Assembly: GCA_043228905.1 (NCBI GenBank)
Contig: JBHGNT010000002.1
Location: 1,054,001 to 1,118,000, forward strand
DNA length: 64,000 nucleotides
Direction: 5' to 3'
Origin: Azolla caroliniana
Taxonomy: Eukaryota > Plantae > Polypodiophyta
The notes beneath the pieces are model-generated. The model did not search any database. It saw only the letters and a program-made list of their open reading frames with translations, and had not been told where the DNA came from. Position 1 is the first letter of the stretch. Each line of letters starts with the position of its first letter. Below, piece by piece: positions 57,320-64,000 of the stretch. The translations under genes were made by a program, and so were the position numbers.

Positions 57320-60010
57320 GGTGATGGTGCTACAAGAGGACCCCCTTCCTTCATATCATCATGTCTAATATAGTATATATGTATATGTATTGGGCCCTAT
57401 AGGAGCCCATGATTATGGCCTCTATTAGTGCAATTATGTACAAACTACACCTTTTACCAAACCTTACTCACTCATACAAACATGTCACACCATACCATAT
57501 GTTCAAAACAGAAAATAAAACACACACACTCACTCACAGTCATATATGCATGTGGCACAACATGATACATATAAGGTTTTGGGTTCACACTTTGACATCC
57601 TCATAATGTTGTGATATGTCCACTTCACATTTTCACAGTGGTTGTCAGGATAACATGATTTGTATTGCCTCCCCAAGGTATGGAATTGCTTTTGCATTGG
57701 CCAATGGTTTGTTTGTTTGTTTTAATCACAAGAAGGTGGAGTTGTAGCATTTTTTAGTAGCATGTGGGTCGAAAAAATGTTGATTTGTTCTTTGAGAAAT
57801 GTAGGATTCATAATGCATTCGTGGACACAAAGGAGATTACTACTATATCTTGAGAGTCTCAACTACACTTGAATGATTAAGTAGTAGATTATTGGCATTG
57901 TTGCATAAACAAGGAGTCCATGGTGATGGGACACTTCTTTGATTTATCATTTTCAACACCTAGGTCAGATATGGGGGTATGGCAATTGGAATGACAAACA
58001 ATTATAGATGTACTTATGATAGCCATCATCTTTATCTCTGGGAAAACCCTAGATGCAAACCAACAAAAACGTGACCAATCTCCTTGAGAGGGCATGTGTG
58101 CATTATCTTGAGCTAAATGATGAACATAACATCAAAGCCCATTGTTCGATACCGAAACAAATAACATAGGTACATCGTCATGTTTGTGTGATTGAGAACT
58201 TTCTATTGTTTCAATAAATCAATGTCAAAAATCTATACCCAATCATTTGTGGGATGCATCATAAAATCTTATTTTATGTAATAACATAATGTGTCAACCC
58301 ATAATGTCGTCTTGAAGCTATAGCAAACTAGAATGCACTTTGCTCAATTCAATCCTCGTCCACAAGGATAATCTATTCCTAGAAACCAAAACATATTCCC
58401 TCCTTGCTAACGCCATTTTGAGTGTTTGAATCCAACATAACCAGTAAGTTCTTGCTAATGAAATTGTATATGATTTATATTTGAAAAGTTCCAAAAAGTT
58501 TGGGGGGGAGGAACTCTAACTTTTTGGTTGTTTACATAGAAAGGCTATTTGAGTATAAAAAGGTTAGGACAAGTGAAACAAGACATGTCACTTCTTATGG
58601 GCATGTGTGAAATGCTATCATATAGAAACATAACCTTTCACATAGAAAAAGGTAAGAGTCATAGTTTATGTCCTTTCATGACATGAAAATAGCTTGAGTC
58701 TAATCAAATCAGCATTACACATTTAGAAGAAATGCTTGAAATAACTTACAAACTTGTGTGTCATAGAAATATACACAAGTTGTCCTACATCAAGGTTCAT
58801 ATATGGAGGAATGCTTATGCGTAAATGTTCCAACACTCATGGGAAATATAGCAATTTAAAATAAACAAATTAGATGTGCATCAATATACTATTTAAGGAC
58901 TTTATAATGTGAACGTTTCCCGGATTGAAACAAGTAAACAATGCTCGTTAAATAGTCATGGAATGACAATGAAAATGTCAATAGGTTCATAGGGATGATT
59001 GTTAAAGATGTCATCAAGAAACTAGCAAAACATTACTTGCTAAAACACAATGCGAACGAACTCACAAGACTTTAGACAACCCTATAGATTATTGCTCATA
59101 GACTCATCAAATGACATTATTGAAATCCAAATACTCAGATTAATATATCAAATAGTTGTGTGTTCAACTTGGGCTCACAAAATAGAGATTGTGTGTTGTC
59201 TCCTTTGAAAACTGCAAGTTAAAGATTCAATACATACTCATAAAATAGAGATTATTTGTTGTCTCTTCAAATTCAAGATTCAATACATACTCATTAAAGC
59301 AAAAAAGAGAATGGACTCCACACTATTACTGTTGTAAAAGCCCCATAATAATTGCAAGGTATTAGAAAAACCTACTTCATGAAATGATGGAATCATGTTG
59401 GTTTGAATTTACAACAATACTAACAGAGGTAAAACCGCTTCCTGCTATTCCAATCAAATAAATCCAACTTGACCCATATATAGGTGTGACCAACTATATT
59501 AGAAAAAGTCACTGTTGATTACCAAAAAATTCTACCTCGTAAGTGCTTTTGTTTTCAAATTGTGATCACCACCATTGATCCTCTTCTATTACTTGTTGCA
59601 AGTTAGATTCATGTTTGTATGCAACTTCTGGTGATCAACTTTCGATATTGGTACAAGAAATTTCTTTACCTTAAATAATTAATTACTTCTTGCATTAAAT
59701 ACAAGAAGAGACCACGTTAATCTTCGCAATGAGATATATATATATATATATATATAAGGCATAAAACCATATGCGATACATCTTGCCACAATCTGTGTGG
59801 AAAAAAAAAATTGTTCCAGAATTGCATGAGGTTCAATCAAATGCAGTAAGATAAACAAATTTCTAACATTTTCAAATTCCATCGTGATATCTCAAATACC
59901 AAGATCTATGTGCATCCAATTAATTCCAAGGCTTTAGGATTCCTTTCCATCTATGACTTATCTCATGTTCTGCTTTAGTTGCACGTATTGGTTGGGTGTC
60001 ACAATACGCA

Positions 60011-61108
60011 TCAAAACATATATGCATCTACATCTGACCCCCCTATTGAATAAATCATCACAAGTAATTTATGCAATATCGAATTTCCAGGATCCAATGC
60101 AAGAATATGCTCCACAACACGAATAGCACGTGGTAAATCCAAATTCACTTTACAAGCACCAAACAAGGTTATCCAAGACATCAATGATGGCTCAAAACTC
60201 CTCAACAATCTTTCACTCTCGTTTAATCGTCCAGCACGTCCAAGCAAATCAATCATACAATTATAATGCTCCTCACTTGGGTTAATCCCATGATGCCTTG
60301 ACATGAACATGGAAGAGAAAAAATAACACCCTTCATCAATAAGGCCAGTTCGGCTACACGCCGACAAAATGGCGATAAATGCGATTTCACACGGTATTAT
60401 ACCTTCTTGTTGCATATGTCGAAAAAGCCGTACAGCCTCGTGGCCTTCTCCATGTTGACCACACGTGGAGATCATGGCACTCCAAGCAACGATATTTCTC
60501 TTCGGTAACCTCTCGAACACTTCTCGGGCTTGATTCAAAGTTCCACATCTCCCATACATGTGAAGTAAAGCAGTTCCTATGGTTATATCCAATTCAATTC
60601 CATCTTCAACAATAACATTATGCACATATTTCCCAACACGAAGAGTCGCCTGGTTTGCACAAATCGAAAGAATACCAAGAAAAGTAACCTTATCTGGCTT
60701 CATCCCATGGAGAGACATGTGTGAAAAGACTTTAATAGCCTCATGGTTGGCATTGTTCTGTATACATGCACTCATCATGATGTTCCAAGAGAAGGCATTT
60801 CGAGTTGGCATGTGAGCAAATATGGCCTGTGCATCAGGAAGGTTACCACATTTACCATACATAAGCATAAGCAAATTGTTCAAATAGATTTGGTGATCAT
60901 GGCCATGGTGGACAATATGAGCATGAACGCGCTTACCTTTGGACAACGATCGGCCTTGTGTATGGAGATTAAGCAAAGATGCATAAGTTCCTAGGTCCAC
61001 ATCTAGGCCTAATTTGTCCATCCATGCAAGTGTGTCTTTGTATATGATACAAGGAACTTGTGGTTGAATCTGCATACATTCTGCCTGCCATCGACGATAC
61101 CCTGCCAT
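60011..61108 (-). CDS. PLS-class pentatricopeptide repeat protein with E-like C-terminus, no DYW
   Basis: MYGKCGNLPDA, FSWNIMMSAC, PDKVTFLGILSIC, HYNCMIDLLGRAGRL motifs. Confidence 0.9.
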   Translation of the reverse strand: MAGYRRWQAECMQIQPQVPCIIYKDTLAWMDKLGLDVDLGTYASLLNLHTQGRSLSKGKRVHAHIVHHGHDHQIYLNNLLMLMYGKCGNLPDAQAIFAHMPTRNAFSWNIMMSACIQNNANHEAIKVFSHMSLHGMKPDKVTFLGILSICANQATLRVGKYVHNVIVEDGIELDITIGTALLHMYGRCGTLNQAREVFERLPKRNIVAWSAMISTCGQHGEGHEAVRLFRHMQQEGIIPCEIAFIAILSACSRTGLIDEGCYFFSSMFMSRHHGINPSEEHYNCMIDLLGRAGRLNESERLLRSFEPSLMSWITLFGACKVNLDLPRAIRVVEHILALDPGNSILHKLLVMIYSIGGSDVDAYMF

Positions 61109-61139
61109 ACATTCTTCCCTGTTAGGATTGTGGAACTCT

Positions 61140-61660
61140 TTTCAACATTACCCACATACCTCAATACATTCCTTTCTTCTAGGGTTATGAAACTAGTTTC
61201 ATCATAGCCCAGTCAATATGCTCTTTTTGTTTATGGCTATGAAACTAGCTTCATACTAGCCCACATTGCTCAACAGTATATTCTTTCATCCAAATAGGTG
61301 AATGATATATTCTTTTTGTTTAGAATTATAAAACTAGTTTCACCATCACCTGCATAGACTATTATTGCATTCTTCCTATTTATGTTTATGAAGCTCGTTT
61401 CATTACTGCCTGTGAAGACTGGTATATTCTTCCCAGTGAGGCTTGAAACTAGTTTCACCATCAAACATATAGCCCGATATGATCTTCATGTAGTTTCACA
61501 ATAGCCCAAATACATTCTTCTCCGTAGTTTCACTATAGTTTGATACATTCTTTTTGTTACAACAAAGCTTCTGGAACTAGTTTCACCATCAACCACAGCC
61601 CAATATGTTCTTCATGTAGTTTCACAATAGCCCAAATACATTTTTCCTGTTGTAGTTTTA
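61140..61660. repeat. Degenerate ~60-bp tandem repeats upstream of the PPR ORF
   Basis: GAAACTAGTTTCA(C/T)CAT recurs at ~61190, 61241, 61331, 61446, 61575. Confidence 0.65.
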
Positions 61661-62739
61661 CTAAAACAAAGCTGCATTTGTCCTTCTTAGGGTTATGAGA
61701 GCACTTGGCTTGTGTCTGTCACCCACATATTCTGATAGATTCTTTGTGTGGTAACTTCATGTTAGCCCAACCTGTTTAGCATTACCATATCATCTGTACC
61801 ATAGACCATAAGATTTCACTCTAGCTAAATATATTCTTTCTGTTGCACTTTTACTAAACCCGAGCTGCGTTTGTCATTTTTTGGGTTATCTGAGCACTTG
61901 CCTTGTTCTGTTGCCCACATATCCTGATACATTCTTTGTGTGGTAACTTTAACACAGCCCAACATGTTTAGCATTACCATACTATTTGTACCATAGCTGA
62001 TGTATTTCAATGCATTTTTCTAGTAGTTTCAGCATAGCTCAATGAATTCTTCTCGTACTTCTGCCATAGCCTACGTAACTTGATGCATTTTACTTTTAAA
62101 TTCACCGCAGCCCACATATCTTAATGCATTTTTCGTTAATATTCACCACAAACCGACATATCCCAATGCATTTTCCTTAAGTTTTAATATACTCACACGG
62201 CTCAATGAGTTTCTCTAGTAGTTTTCACCATAGCCTACATACCTCAAACTATTTCTCCTTTAGTTTCGGGATAGCCCAGTACGGTGTTAGTGTAGTTGTT
62301 TCATGATCGCCCACACAAACCCAATGCCTTACCAGAACTAGGGTTTATCACCTGAGGCCTGAGTCATTCTCTCTTCTCGAAAAATCAAATGATGATTATT
62401 CTTCTCTGCTGTTACGATTCGATGCAGACCTCCTCCCCCGTCGCAGTTAGGGTTTACTGATCAGAAACAGAGAAACTGGGTGAGATTAAGCGTTGTTGGT
62501 ATTGAACAGAAAACTCCTAATTGTTGGGAAATTACAGGAATGCCCTCATACATTTGTACATTTACAGGAATGCCCTTGCTTCCTTCATAGAAGAAACCCT
62601 TTAAGGTATGGTATGTATGCCATGTGATGACTCAAATTCGGCAAGACAATGAATAAGAAGTGTTTGTGTTCCTAATGCAAAAAAATACTCATGATCTTGG
62701 TTGTTCTCGTGACTTAACTTAAACGGGTAGTTCGTACTA

Positions 62740-63352
62740 AATGCCCAAAAAACGGCATGGGGGAGGGTCCTTGAAGGAATTTTGGAAACATGGGGGTACT
62801 TCTGTCGATACTAAATGGTTAAACAAAACTGCATGGGGGGAGGGTCCTCGAAAGAATTTTGGAAACACAAGGGTACTTCTGTCGATACTGAATGGCTAAA
62901 CAAAACTGCATGAGGGGAGGGTCCTCGAAGGAATTTTGGAAACACAAGGGTACTTCTGTCGATACTGAATGGCTAAACAAAACTGCATGGGGGGAGGGTC
63001 CTCGAAGGAATTTTGGAAACACAAGGGTATTTCTGTAAATACTAAATGGCTAAACAAAACTGCATGGGGGAGGGTCCTTGAAGGAATTTTGGAAACACAA
63101 GGGTATTTCTGTAAATACGAAATGCCCAAAAAACCACATGGGGGCGAGAGTTTCCTTGAAGGAATTTTGGAAACACAAGGGTATTTCTGTAAATACGAAA
63201 TGCCCAAAAAAACACATGGGGGCGAGAGTTTCCTTGAAGGAATTTTGGAAACACAAGGGTAATTCTGTAAATACGAAATGCCCAAAAAACCACATGGGGG
63301 CGAGAGGCCTTGAAGGAATTCTGAAAAACACAAGGGTATTTTGGTAAATACA
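62740..63352. repeat. Tandem repeat of ~73-78 bp (8 copies), possibly transposon subterminal repeats
   Basis: GAAGGAATTTTGGAAACACAAGGGTA repeated; two unit variants. Confidence 0.92.
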
Positions 63353-63410
63353 AAAACCCCCCAAAAGAGGAGCAGAGGTTTTGGCGCCATTTTTGAGAGA
63401 ACAGAGGAAA

Positions 63411-63414
<4 letters not shown>

Positions 63415-63463
<49 letters not shown>
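63415..63463. repeat. (AG)n microsatellite
   Basis: Direct observation. Confidence 0.95.
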
Positions 63464-63465
<2 letters not shown>

Positions 63466-64000
63466 AGATTTTTGGCTATGGAGATAGAAGGATTAGACAT
63501 AGATAGAGAGGGCGAGCGAGATAGATAGATTGTGAGAGAGAACAGATATTTGGCTATGGAGATAGAAGGATTAGACACCGTGTGTGCTGGATTAGGTTGC
63601 CCATCTCAAGAACTAAATGCCCAGTACATCAAAGGAGACTATTGCCTCGGTATAAGTTTCTCAGATCCATCTGTTTATAACTACATATTAACAAAGTTGT
63701 AAATTATGGAATATTCTTCTTCTCACATGTATCTATGTATGTGCTCTTTTTCTGTAAAAAATAATAATTGCAGACAATTTGAAGCATTTGCAAAGGTTTC
63801 TGAGAAGAGATCACCCGAGTAGTAGACCTGTGTTCAGACAGTTAGGAAAATGGAATACTGTTGGAAGAGATCTCGTCCCAATCATCTCCCAATATCGGGA
63901 TGACCTCGATCTTGTCATTAATGCTGGTTCGTTTTTCTCATAAATCAATCCTATTCATAATCTCGTTAATATTCCTTGGTAATGCATCGATCTTGTTAAT

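Overview
Eukaryotic land-plant genomic DNA, probably a large-genome non-seed plant such as a fern (inference from TE types and the PLS-PPR gene). About 53 kb is a nested transposon block and the right end is a small gene island. The block holds: two full-length tRNA-Met-primed Ty1/copia elements (3905-9535 +, 24699-30143 -); a full-length tRNA-Trp-primed Ty3/gypsy element (30627-37957 +) with three deleted or truncated relatives; solo and partial LTRs; a non-coding LTR-type family; a poly(A)-tailed 1.67-kb insertion with a 12-bp TSD; and a DNA-transposase-like gene whose reading frame can be rebuilt across two insertions. Host genes are a two-exon At5g64230/At3g19920-like gene (57319-54714 -) and a PLS-class PPR gene (61108-60011 -). 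Most notable: (1) the gypsy family combines 4-bp CpG-centred (NCGN) target sites, a D-H-G protease and a -1 frameshift between PR and RT with a covarying pseudoknot; (2) an AT-rich LTR family carries both long heat-shock-element arrays and a tRNA-like Pol III cassette. All calls are by eye; no database searches were run.
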